Source: an uncultured virus (IMG/VR IMGVR_UViG_3300032288_004063) (lineage: Duplodnaviria; Heunggongvirae; Uroviricota; Caudoviricetes). Taken from it: DNA of 20,000 nt. The stretch lies in the IMG/VR virus record IMGVR_UViG_3300032288_004063; one strand, written 5' to 3'. The notes beneath the pieces are model-generated. The model searched no databases. It was not told the DNA's origin and saw only the letters and a program-made list of their open reading frames with translations. Shown here in pieces: positions 8,039 to 15,012 of the stretch. The number at the start of each line of letters is the position of its first letter. Within the stretch, counting starts at the first letter, position 1. The translations under genes were made by a program, and so were the position numbers.

Positions 8039-8181
8039 AATCAGTCTATGATCAAGTCTATGATCAAGTCTATGAACAAGTCTGTGTTGAAGTCCGCAGC
8101 CAAGTCTTGAATAAAGTATCGTTTCATGTTTTTGGTCATATCTTGACTAAAGTTTGGTTTAAAGTGTTAACCAAACCATGA
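8035..8181 (+). CDS. QV-repeat miniprotein A13 (not in ORF track)
   Basis: MKSVYDQVYDQV...KVLTKP. Confidence 0.65.
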   Translation: MKSVYDQVYDQVYEQVCVEVRSQVLNKVSFHVFGHILTKVWFKVLTKP

Positions 8182-8372
8182 AACCAGTCGCATACCAAGT
8201 CAAAAATCAAGTCTTGCGTCAATTCTCAGGTCAAGTCTCATTTCAAGTCTATGATCAAGTCGAGTTGCAAATCGGGCGTCAAATCAAAGATCAAGTCTAC
8301 GATCAAGTCTTTGATCAAGTCTGGTCTAAAGTCTGGATTCAATCTTGGGAAGAAACGAAAACCGAACCATGA
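8178..8372 (+). CDS. QV-repeat miniprotein A14
   Basis: MKPVAYQV...EETKTEP. Confidence 0.7.
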   Translation: MKPVAYQVKNQVLRQFSGQVSFQVYDQVELQIGRQIKDQVYDQVFDQVWSKVWIQSWEETKTEP

Positions 8373-8551
8373 AATCAGTCCATGATAAATTGTTTTCCGA
8401 TCCGACTATGAATTGTTGGAATGAGGTGTCTCTTCAAACAAGTAGAAAAGCACGAAACAAAATTCGTGATGAAACTATTTTTGAAGTCAAGAAATGTGGA
8501 CTAAGAAATTGTCTACACACAGTTCTTCGCGAAATCGAAAAAGAAGATTGA
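8369..8551 (+). CDS. divergent terminal array member A15
   Basis: MKSVHDKLFSDP...; keeps head, length and ATGA coupling but has lost QV repeats. Confidence 0.65.
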   Translation: MKSVHDKLFSDPTMNCWNEVSLQTSRKARNKIRDETIFEVKKCGLRNCLHTVLREIEKED

Positions 8552-8578
8552 TTTCATTGGGCAATTTAGGCCCTTGAC
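8548..8578 (+). repeat. 31-bp direct repeat, left copy
   Basis: TTGATTTCATTGGGCAATTTAGGCCCTTGAC; 30/31 identical to 9286-9316. Confidence 0.9.
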
Positions 8579-9207
8579 GGAGCTTCATCCAAGCAATAAT
8601 ACTCCTTAACAATTCTTCTCTTTTCCCCCTCTTTTCTCCTTTTTTCCCAATAAGATTTCATGTTGGCCGATAGCTTCGTTCTGGTTTCAATTGAAGCTGG
8701 ATTTTTTTTATGACGCGCCTGCGTCGCGGCCGATAGCTTTTTTCTTGTTTCTAGTGAGACTATATTTTTTTCATGATATGCTTTCAATGCATTAGACAAC
8801 TTGGCTTTAGTTTCTAATGTAGTGGAAATTCCCTTACGCGGAGACGACATTCCTTTACGCGAAAATCCGGATGCCTTCAAACGTGCAATTAGGGTCTCTC
8901 GCTCCTCTGGAGTCAGTTTTCTTTTAGATTTATATCCTATACCATCACCCCCATTAGTTCTATTTCTAAGAATACCTGTGCCTATGTCTTTTCGTCCATA
9001 CCAAGAAATGTATCTACGTTCTAAAGCAAAAGCTCCAATCTCAGATAGTTCTTTTTCCATTAGAATAATTCTATTGGCATTTTTTGGTACACTTATCTCA
9101 TTTGGTTTCTTTTTCCAAGCACGATTTCCAGTTCCTTTACCAATGTAATAAGGTGTGCCATCCTCGCGCAGGTAGGCATAAACGTAGAATCTAAATAGGT
9201 CTGGCAT
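8566..9207 (-). CDS. free-standing GIY-YIG homing endonuclease (Seg-like) with NUMOD3-like repeats
   Basis: [19 protein letters not shown]...[18 protein letters not shown]; three xxETR/KxKLS repeats; AAGGAG RBS; opposite strand to neighbours. Confidence 0.88.
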   Translation of the reverse strand: MPDLFRFYVYAYLREDGTPYYIGKGTGNRAWKKKPNEISVPKNANRIILMEKELSEIGAFALERRYISWYGRKDIGTGILRNRTNGGDGIGYKSKRKLTPEERETLIARLKASGFSRKGMSSPRKGISTTLETKAKLSNALKAYHEKNIVSLETRKKLSAATQARHKKNPASIETRTKLSANMKSYWEKRRKEGEKRRIVKEYYCLDEAPSRA

Positions 9208-9266
9208 TGCTGATGGCTCCTTCTAAGCTGTTAGAGTGGTTGGATGTTTCCAGCATCGCGAACCAC
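9208..9266. other. structured element copy 2 (leader of endonuclease gene)
   Basis: TTAGA-GTGGTT-G-GATG-tttccag-CATC-GCG-AACCAC plus TCTAA/TTAGA hairpin next to the RBS. Confidence 0.65.
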
Positions 9267-9270
9267 ATCT

Positions 9271-9278
9271 TATTTATC
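9271..9278 (-). promoter_or_regulatory. T4-type late-promoter-like box GATAAATA
   Basis: Plus-strand tatttatc, immediately upstream of the structured leader of the endonuclease. Confidence 0.5.
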
Positions 9279-9285
9279 AAATCTC

Positions 9286-9316
9286 TTGATTTCATTGAGC
9301 AATTTAGGCCCTTGAC
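9286..9316 (+). repeat. 31-bp direct repeat, right copy (contains a -35 box)
   Basis: TTGATTTCATTGAGCAATTTAGGCCCTTGAC. Confidence 0.9.
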
Positions 9317-9360
9317 AATTTCCTAAGGATGTGTCAAAGTAGTTTCATGATCAAGGAGAG
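9312..9360 (+). promoter_or_regulatory. probable early promoter and leader
   Basis: TTGACA-N17-CAAAGT (weak -10); TTGACA...TGTCAA inverted repeat; CATGATCAAGGAGA resembles the repeated leader. Confidence 0.5.
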
Positions 9361-9364
9361 ATAA

Positions 9365-10024
9365 ATGCCTGTTTCATACATGAAGTACCCCGGCTATCCC
9401 GCGGAGCCGTACCTGGTCGAGAATGCTTACCAGGGCGCCACCCTTTCCATCTTCACGTCCTGTGACCGCGTGATGTCGGATATCTGGGAACATCGCCTCC
9501 ACGCTCTGGTGTGGGATGCCGATACTGGCAAGGCCATCGACATTCTCCTGGTGAGCGATGGCAATCCCGGCGTCGGCGGCAAGGTCGATGCGACGCCCGA
9601 GGTAATCGAGGCTTATCGCAAGGCGAACTATGATCGTGCGCGCGCCGTGCTCCTTCAGAGGGCTGAGGAGGATTCCAAGGTTGCTCAGCCCGGCTCCGTT
9701 GTCATCGTGAAGCGCGGTCGCAAGGATCTTGGCAAGGTCGGCAAGGTCGTCTTCATCAAGCAGATGCCCTACCAGGCTGGCTATCGTTCGTACTATCTTC
9801 CCAAGCTGTGCGTTGCTTTGGATGGCACCAAGACTCAGGTGCAGGGCAAGTATGGCAAGACCTTTGATCGTTTCACCAACGTCATCTGGGTCTGGTCGAA
9901 GAACTGCGACGTGGCCAATCCCAAGGTCGATGTTGACTCTGTCGAGCGTCGTGCGAAGGAGGAGGCTGACTCGCTGGTCGAGCAGCTCACCTCCAATCAG
10001 TATCGTACCAACTACTACGCCTGA
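9365..10024 (+). CDS. hypothetical early protein with KOW/SH3-like segment
   Basis: AAGGAG RBS; PGSVVIVKRGRKDLGKVGKV. Confidence 0.8.
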   Translation: MPVSYMKYPGYPAEPYLVENAYQGATLSIFTSCDRVMSDIWEHRLHALVWDADTGKAIDILLVSDGNPGVGGKVDATPEVIEAYRKANYDRARAVLLQRAEEDSKVAQPGSVVIVKRGRKDLGKVGKVVFIKQMPYQAGYRSYYLPKLCVALDGTKTQVQGKYGKTFDRFTNVIWVWSKNCDVANPKVDVDSVERRAKEEADSLVEQLTSNQYRTNYYA

Positions 10025-10039
10025 GGTAGGAGAACCAAA

Positions 10040-10432
10040 ATGATTCCCAAGGTTGGCACAGAGATCACGGTCAAGATCCGCAATCCAATGGCGGATCATA
10101 GGCATCTGTATGCGGACGGTGTCATTGCCGAGCACAGCATTGTCTCTGGCACCGTCTATCCCCTTCAGAAGTGGCAGGATCCTCGCAAGGTCTTCAATCT
10201 TGCAACGGGTCGTCCAAGCTTTCCATTCCGAACGATTGATCTGGATCGTGTCGTAGCCATGAATGGCAAGCTGGCCAAGAAGGTCGAGCGTCAGGTGCCG
10301 CAGACGCGCGTGTGGACTATCCAGGGATCCAAGGGTGCCGTGTATACGCTGACTGAGGTTGCTGGAAAGCGTAGCTGCACCTGTCCAGGGTTTACGTTTA
10401 GGTCATCTTGCAAGCACGTTTTGGGCCCTTGA
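10040..10432 (+). CDS. SWIM zinc-finger protein
   Basis: WTIQGSKGAVYTL...SCTCPGFTFRSSCKHV (CxC-x8-CxH); AGGAG RBS. Confidence 0.85.
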   Translation: MIPKVGTEITVKIRNPMADHRHLYADGVIAEHSIVSGTVYPLQKWQDPRKVFNLATGRPSFPFRTIDLDRVVAMNGKLAKKVERQVPQTRVWTIQGSKGAVYTLTEVAGKRSCTCPGFTFRSSCKHVLGP

Positions 10433-10478
10433 CATTGTTCGGTGTGCCATCTATACTGACCACATGATGAAGGAGACA
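10429..10478 (+). promoter_or_regulatory. repeated early promoter-leader cassette, copy 1
   Basis: TTGACA-N17-TATACT-GACCACATGATGAAGGAGACA. Confidence 0.9.
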
Positions 10479-10481
10479 ACG

Positions 10482-10829
10482 ATGCAGGACTTGGAAATGC
10501 CCACCCAGATGCCCGTCTATGACATGGACATTGCGCTAACGAAGTATGCCGACTACATCATCAGCAAGGCTCCGCATACGACTCAGCCACGGCCTGGGTA
10601 TAGCAAGCCCTATTTTTCATTTGAATCCGGTTCCAAATATATTCGTGCGGTGAAGTTGGATGGATCGTCACGATCCGCCTATGCCTTCATCGTTCTGCGA
10701 AACACCGACAAGTTTCTGGTCGGTGATATTCTGAAGCCTGCTTCGTGGAAGACGCCTGCCACCAACTTTGCCCGCGGCAATGTGCTGCGGCCGCATACCT
10801 ATCAGTATCATAGCTACTACGGCCTGTGA
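10482..10829 (+). CDS. conserved T4-like phage hypothetical protein (GDILKPASWKxPA family)
   Basis: GSKYIR...SAYAFI...GDILKPASWKTPA..ARGNV; start after cassette RBS. Confidence 0.8.
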   Translation: MQDLEMPTQMPVYDMDIALTKYADYIISKAPHTTQPRPGYSKPYFSFESGSKYIRAVKLDGSSRSAYAFIVLRNTDKFLVGDILKPASWKTPATNFARGNVLRPHTYQYHSYYGL

Positions 10830-10840
10830 GGAGATAAATC

Positions 10841-11236
10841 ATGGCTACCCGTTCACGCATTGCTGTTCAGAATGCCGATGGCACTTTTCTTTCCATCTAC
10901 TGTCATTGGGACGGATATCCCAGTGGAGTTGGAAAGGATCTTCTGAATGAGCATAACGGCGCGCAGGCTGCGCGCGCGCTGATGAAGCATGGTGATCTGA
11001 GCACCCTCTCTCCGCTGGCGTCTTATCGTTCCAGGAGCGGAAAGAACGTTGATGCTCAGATCCATAATTCCATGGAAGATCTGCATTCCTTTGCCCTTGA
11101 CTGCGGCGTTGATTGGATCTATCTCTGGACAACCGAGTGGATGTGTCAGCCATACGGTGGTTTTGCCGGCAAAACCAGTGGTTTTTCCAAGAAATGGAAG
11201 ACCATTAAAGATGCAGTCAAGGCAGAATCTGAGTAG
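10841..11236 (+). CDS. conserved phage hypothetical protein (YCHWDGYP family)
   Basis: MATRSRI....SIYCHWDGYPSGVG..L; GGAG RBS. Confidence 0.85.
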   Translation: MATRSRIAVQNADGTFLSIYCHWDGYPSGVGKDLLNEHNGAQAARALMKHGDLSTLSPLASYRSRSGKNVDAQIHNSMEDLHSFALDCGVDWIYLWTTEWMCQPYGGFAGKTSGFSKKWKTIKDAVKAESE

Positions 11237-11266
11237 GATCGGCGCTTGACGGCAGGATAATCAATA

Positions 11267-11512
11267 ATGACTCCTTTGCAGCTATACCTTATGCTGAAAG
11301 ATCGCTCAAGTGCCGAGATCTCTGGGCGCTTGCTTAGTCGCGCCGAGGCTTTCGAGAAACTTGATACAGACGATCCTTTTTATCGTCGCTGCGCAGTGCT
11401 GGATAGGATAGCATCTGAGCAGATTGAACGGCTCGTGGCGATGCTAAATCCAGATAAGGATATCGCACACTGGTGCAAGGTTAGGGACGACTGGCGCAAA
11501 CAGGAAGATTGA
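11267..11512 (+). CDS. hypothetical protein
   Basis: 81-aa ORF filling the gap; AGGA upstream. Confidence 0.6.
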   Translation: MTPLQLYLMLKDRSSAEISGRLLSRAEAFEKLDTDDPFYRRCAVLDRIASEQIERLVAMLNPDKDIAHWCKVRDDWRKQED

Positions 11513-11515
11513 CCC

Positions 11516-11565
11516 TTGACAATGTTCGGGATGCAGTCTATACTGAACACATGATGAAGGAGACA
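11516..11565 (+). promoter_or_regulatory. repeated early promoter-leader cassette, copy 2
   Basis: TTGACA-N17-TATACT-GAACACATGATGAAGGAGACA. Confidence 0.9.
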
Positions 11566-11569
11566 AGCC

Positions 11570-11956
11570 ATGGCTAATCTGAAGGTTCTTTCTCTGATGA
11601 ATGTAATGATCTATGGCGTAGAACTGTCTGAGTTTTCTGAAGTACCCAAGGATTTCCCATTGATCGGACGCGACGGCTATTACTGTCGTGGTGAAGACGT
11701 TTGGTTTGAATACCAAGGTCGAGGATATGTGTTTGGGAAAACTCTCAAAGAAAGATCGTATTTTGAGTATGAACTTGTAATAAATGATGAGGCAATTCTC
11801 ATGGAACGCGAAGTCCGCGCCATGCAGACCATTCTCAAGACTACCCGAGATCCCAATGTGCGAAAAGTCATCTCCAAACGTCTTCGCATGCACGAGGAGG
11901 CGTTTGAACTAAGAGACATTCGTAGAGGTGCATATCGGATTTGGAAAATGGAGTGA
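11570..11956 (+). CDS. hypothetical early protein
   Basis: ATG directly after cassette RBS. Confidence 0.8.
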   Translation: MANLKVLSLMNVMIYGVELSEFSEVPKDFPLIGRDGYYCRGEDVWFEYQGRGYVFGKTLKERSYFEYELVINDEAILMEREVRAMQTILKTTRDPNVRKVISKRLRMHEEAFELRDIRRGAYRIWKME

Positions 11957-11970
11957 CTGCGTGATAGTGC

Positions 11971-12020
11971 TTGACAATCGTGTGAACGCCATCTATACTG
12001 AACACATGATGAAGGAGACA
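11971..12020 (+). promoter_or_regulatory. repeated early promoter-leader cassette, copy 3
   Basis: TTGACA-N17-TATACT-GAACACATGATGAAGGAGACA. Confidence 0.9.
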
Positions 12021-12023
12021 GCG

Positions 12024-12293
12024 ATGCCTGGATATTACGAGATGGCCAACTTCGATCTTTCGCTCTTTGATTGGAACAAGGATCGTGGTTCTCTGGTGAT
12101 GCGGAATTTCAATCACCAGTTCCCTAACGAGTTCATGGTGCGTTCGCATCATACTGGTAAGGAAGTGCGGTTCGTGCGCGTTTCCGTGCATGATGTTCTG
12201 TATGACCAGGATCTGTGGGATGGCGTGCAGATGGTGTATCGTCCGTCTGGCAATGTTCCGAATGTCAATTATGCTGCGCTCTGCAGGGGTTGA
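12024..12293 (+). CDS. hypothetical early protein
   Basis: MPGYYEMANFD...VRSHHTGKEVRF; start after cassette RBS. Confidence 0.8.
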   Translation: MPGYYEMANFDLSLFDWNKDRGSLVMRNFNHQFPNEFMVRSHHTGKEVRFVRVSVHDVLYDQDLWDGVQMVYRPSGNVPNVNYAALCRG

Positions 12294-12296
12294 TCA

Positions 12297-12491
12297 ATGG
12301 CAATCTATTATCGAATTGAGGAAACCGTTGGTACCAACTATATCGTTTGGGATGAGATGTTCCTGACGATGGAAGGTGCTGTGGAGTATATTGATCGGTC
12401 ATGCGAGAATGAGGATCATAGGAATCGGCTGCACGTTGCTGCGTATGATTCCAATGGTTGGGCGCCTGTTCGAATGGGTGTGGTGTACTGA
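12297..12491 (+). CDS. hypothetical protein
   Basis: 64-aa ORF, tightly packed. Confidence 0.65.
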   Translation: MAIYYRIEETVGTNYIVWDEMFLTMEGAVEYIDRSCENEDHRNRLHVAAYDSNGWAPVRMGVVY

Positions 12492-12742
12492 TGTCTGTCT
12501 TGGAAAAAAATCTGCGCGAGGAAAATGAGCGCCTCCGCGCCCGCGTCGAGGTGCTGGAGAAGATGATTGCGACTGTCCAGAACGCCTCAGCCGACAGCAA
12601 GTATCTGTATCGCGATGAAGCGATCAACCGGCTTTCTTTTATTCGCGCCGCGCTGCTTCAAGGCCAAGAGCCGCTTGGTGCGGAGTTTGAGGCTGTTTGG
12701 GATGCGAATGCCGCCGAGCTTTACAAGGAGACCAAGCCATGA
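12491..12742 (+). CDS. hypothetical coiled-coil protein
   Basis: MSVLEKNLREENERLRARVEVLE; TGATG overlap upstream, ATGA downstream. Confidence 0.7.
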   Translation: MSVLEKNLREENERLRARVEVLEKMIATVQNASADSKYLYRDEAINRLSFIRAALLQGQEPLGAEFEAVWDANAAELYKETKP

Positions 12743-12945
12743 GCAGAAACCTGTTGTCCACACACCGGCTGTCCGAGCCCACCATCGACCCCGGCGACAA
12801 GGCGGTATTCGCCCCCGGTCAGCCGAGTTGTCGCGCATGCGAAGGAAGGGGCTGGGTCTTCGACGACGACCCTGCGCTGGATTTCGGCGGGCCGGCCAAC
12901 TACCGCATCCCCTGCGACTGCATGTTTAAGGAGGCCAAGCCATGA
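12739..12945 (+). CDS. small Cys-motif protein (CxxCxGxG...CxC)
   Basis: MSRNLL...CRACEGRGWV...PCDC; AAGGAG RBS. Confidence 0.7.
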   Translation: MSRNLLSTHRLSEPTIDPGDKAVFAPGQPSCRACEGRGWVFDDDPALDFGGPANYRIPCDCMFKEAKP

Positions 12946-13214
12946 GCGACGAGATTCAAAAGAACATCAGCCGCCTCGCATTCAAGCACGGCCTCACGCT
13001 GGGTCATCTGAACGAGACAGGAGGTCGAGAACTTGAATGGCTGTTGCTGCGGTTCGACGCGCAGGCCGCCAAGATCGAATGTCTTCGCGCGTCTAATGAT
13101 AGCCTCTTGGATCTTGTGGAGACGCAGCAGAGGAGACACGAATCCTTTCTGGTTGCCGTTGCAGCAATGCTTGCGCTGGGCACCCTCCTGCTCCTTGCCG
13201 TTGTTTTTTCTTGA
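12942..13214 (+). CDS. hypothetical protein with C-terminal TM helix
   Basis: AAGGAGG RBS; FLVAVAAMLALGTLLLLAVVFS. Confidence 0.7.
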   Translation: MSDEIQKNISRLAFKHGLTLGHLNETGGRELEWLLLRFDAQAAKIECLRASNDSLLDLVETQQRRHESFLVAVAAMLALGTLLLLAVVFS

Positions 13215-13228
13215 TGGGAAGCCAAGCC

Positions 13229-13570
13229 ATGAGCGAATATAAGCCAGGGATCGTCAAGGATGGGCCTGATTGGCCTCTTCCTGTGTGCGACACGAACGGA
13301 AAGCTCGCTGACGAGATCACCCGCCTCCGCGCAGAAAATGCAAAGTTAAAATCGACCGATATGGCTGTCGCAATGGCGGAGATGAGCCTTCGCGACGAGA
13401 TCGTCCGGCTCCGCTCCCGCGTCGCGGAATTGGAAGAGGCGCTAAAGTTTTATGCTTGGTCGCACTCGTGGAAATCCACTAGCGTCTATATGTGCGGACA
13501 TAATAGCGATAGCCGCGCGACCATTGATGGAGGCGCTAAAGCCCGCGCCGCGCTGGAGGTCAAGCCATGA
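13229..13570 (+). CDS. hypothetical coiled-coil protein
   Basis: MSEYKPG...DEITRLRAE..DEIVRLRSRVAELEEALKFYA...ARAALEVKP. Confidence 0.75.
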   Translation: MSEYKPGIVKDGPDWPLPVCDTNGKLADEITRLRAENAKLKSTDMAVAMAEMSLRDEIVRLRSRVAELEEALKFYAWSHSWKSTSVYMCGHNSDSRATIDGGAKARAALEVKP

Positions 13571-13782
13571 GCGATGGAACTATTAAACTATATTGGATTG
13601 TTTCACAATCACTTGAGACGGGAGAGATTACGCGGACACCCGCACTCTTCCGTGAATATGATGGTCCTTACTTTATGTATCCCCCTTCTCATAAGGGCCT
13701 TCATCATTTTCCAAAAGAACATGAGAAAATTATCTGCGTGGAATTACCTTTCAATTTCGTTGAGGAGAAGATCGAAACATGA
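13567..13782 (+). CDS. hypothetical protein
   Basis: GGAGG RBS; ATGA coupled. Confidence 0.7.
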   Translation: MSDGTIKLYWIVSQSLETGEITRTPALFREYDGPYFMYPPSHKGLHHFPKEHEKIICVELPFNFVEEKIET

Positions 13783-13964
13783 GGTATCGTAATGATATCA
13801 CGTTTGGCTTTGCGGTCGCTGCAATTGCGATTTGTGTCATTCTCTTAATCTCAGTCGGTATCGGGCTAGAATACTTTTGCGTTCGCGTCTATGCTCCGTG
13901 GATGCTTGACACCAACGACAAGCAGGCAATTGCTTTTATGTGTTCATCTAGTTGCAATAAGTGA
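13779..13964 (+). CDS. small membrane protein
   Basis: Hydrophobic FGFAVAAIAICVILLISVGIGL; GAGGAG RBS. Confidence 0.7.
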   Translation: MRYRNDITFGFAVAAIAICVILLISVGIGLEYFCVRVYAPWMLDTNDKQAIAFMCSSSCNK

Positions 13965-13976
13965 GGAAATCAAGCA

Positions 13977-14015
13977 ATGAGCGACGCTTGGAAAGTGCTT
14001 CAAACTAACGCTTGA
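13977..14015 (+). pseudogene. probable truncated gene remnant (12 aa)
   Basis: GAGG RBS, CAAGCAATGAGC junction, MSDAWKVLQTNA, stop supplied by the TGA in the next TTGACA. Confidence 0.4.
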
Positions 14016-14040
14016 CAATAGTCCTAGTCTATGCAATCAT
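14012..14040 (+). promoter_or_regulatory. probable early promoter
   Basis: TTGACA-N17-AATCAT, then AAGGAG RBS. Confidence 0.55.
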
Positions 14041-14067
14041 ATGCATATGATAACCAAGGAGTTGGAA

Positions 14068-14394
14068 ATGTCGTATACTGGTTTCACCGTTGAGGTTTAC
14101 ATCCGCGATGCCCGAATTCGCGGAAAGATGACTCGTGGAAGCATTGACTGGCTTTCCAAGAACTTTCGTGGTTTTCGTTTTATCGAGGCCATGGATTTTC
14201 AGGTTGATTCCGAAAAGGAAGCCGAACAGCTGGCAAAGCAGGCCCACAAGCATCGTGGACTGGACAAGCTGCATTTCAAGGTGCATCAGACCTATGTGAC
14301 CCGTGTGAATGCGCTGACTAATGCGGAATATCAGGAAAGGTATGATACGCCTTCCTTTTGCTCGCCTTCTTCCGAATCCTACTGGTCCATGTGA
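14068..14394 (+). CDS. conserved phage hypothetical protein (C-terminal TPxxCSPSSExYWSM)
   Basis: AAGGAG before ATG 14068; recognisable C-terminal motif. Confidence 0.8.
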   Translation: MSYTGFTVEVYIRDARIRGKMTRGSIDWLSKNFRGFRFIEAMDFQVDSEKEAEQLAKQAHKHRGLDKLHFKVHQTYVTRVNALTNAEYQERYDTPSFCSPSSESYWSM

Positions 14395-14402
14395 GGAATC
14401 CA

Positions 14403-14597
14403 ATGTCGAATATGTCATACTGTCGTTTCCAGAACACAGAGAAGAATCTGCGAGATTGTCTGAATGCAATGCGTAAAGCATCCAGCATTTCGGACATGGA
14501 TCTATCGAATGATGAATACGAGTCATTTCAGGAAATGACCTCGCTTGTTTTACACCTTCGCATTGAAGCTGATAGGCTTCAGAAGGATGATGTATGA
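14403..14597 (+). CDS. conserved phage hypothetical protein (MSNMSYCRFxNT family)
   Basis: GAGG RBS; N-terminal motif. Confidence 0.8.
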   Translation: MSNMSYCRFQNTEKNLRDCLNAMRKASSISDMDLSNDEYESFQEMTSLVLHLRIEADRLQKDDV

Positions 14598-14782
14598 TGG
14601 TATATGATTCAGCGCAGAGTCGTCGCGAAAAGGAGTATTTCCAATTTTTGGAAAACCTCAGGGAATCAGGAGTAACTAATATGTTTGGTGCTGCGCCATA
14701 TTTGGCAAATGCTTTCAGTATTAGTAAGAGTGAAGCAAGAGATATTTTGCTGAAATGGATGGAGAGTTATGATCGGACCTAA
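14594..14782 (+). CDS. conserved phage hypothetical protein (LRESGxTNMFGA family)
   Basis: FLENLRESGVTNMFGAAPYL...EARDILLKWM. Confidence 0.8.
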   Translation: MMVYDSAQSRREKEYFQFLENLRESGVTNMFGAAPYLANAFSISKSEARDILLKWMESYDRT

Positions 14783-14798
14783 AATGAATAGGAAAACA

Positions 14799-14975
14799 AT
14801 GAACAAGTATATTTTCAATGTTGGCGACAATTCTTGGTCGGTACAGATTACCATTTATGCCACAAGCATCGACGGTGCTTGCGATCAATTCACCGAGAAA
14901 TTTGCTACTGCAATGGGAATGGCTAATCTGACGGCCGACAATATCTTGTCTGTCGAGGAGTATGCCTTTGGATGA
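14799..14975 (+). CDS. hypothetical protein
   Basis: AGGA before ATG 14799 (alternative start 14784). Confidence 0.6.
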   Translation: MNKYIFNVGDNSWSVQITIYATSIDGACDQFTEKFATAMGMANLTADNILSVEEYAFG

Positions 14976-15012
14976 ATAACACAGTCCTTGACGAGATGAA
15001 TTCGATGAAGCT

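Larger units (their letters stand above)
5857..8551 (+). repeat. QV-minigene array 1: 15 tandem ATGA-coupled paralogous ORFs built on a 12-bp repeat
   Basis: Starts at 5857, 6024, 6191, 6382, 6573, 6752, 6931, 7134, 7337, 7510, 7701, 7880, 8035, 8178, 8369; inner repeat nnnnnTCAAGTC; junction consensus AAAGCGAGAACCGAA(C/T)C-ATGA-AATCAGTC. Confidence 0.95.

Noticed and set aside
8566..9207. Group I intron around the endonuclease
   Set aside because: The gene is intergenic and antisense to its neighbours, no host gene is interrupted, and flanks are too short for an intron core.
9208..9266. Hammerhead or HDV-like ribozyme, or tRNA
   Set aside because: CTGATGG is not CTGATGA and no matching GAAA core is placed correctly; no HDV double pseudoknot or cloverleaf could be built by eye.
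9374..10135. 253-aa minus-strand ORF
   Set aside because: Antisense shadow of the RBS-supported gene 9365-10024, explained by codon bias.
11246..11270. TTGACG as a promoter for 11267-11512
   Set aside because: A -10 box at 17-nt spacing would fall inside the start codon region and does not match consensus.
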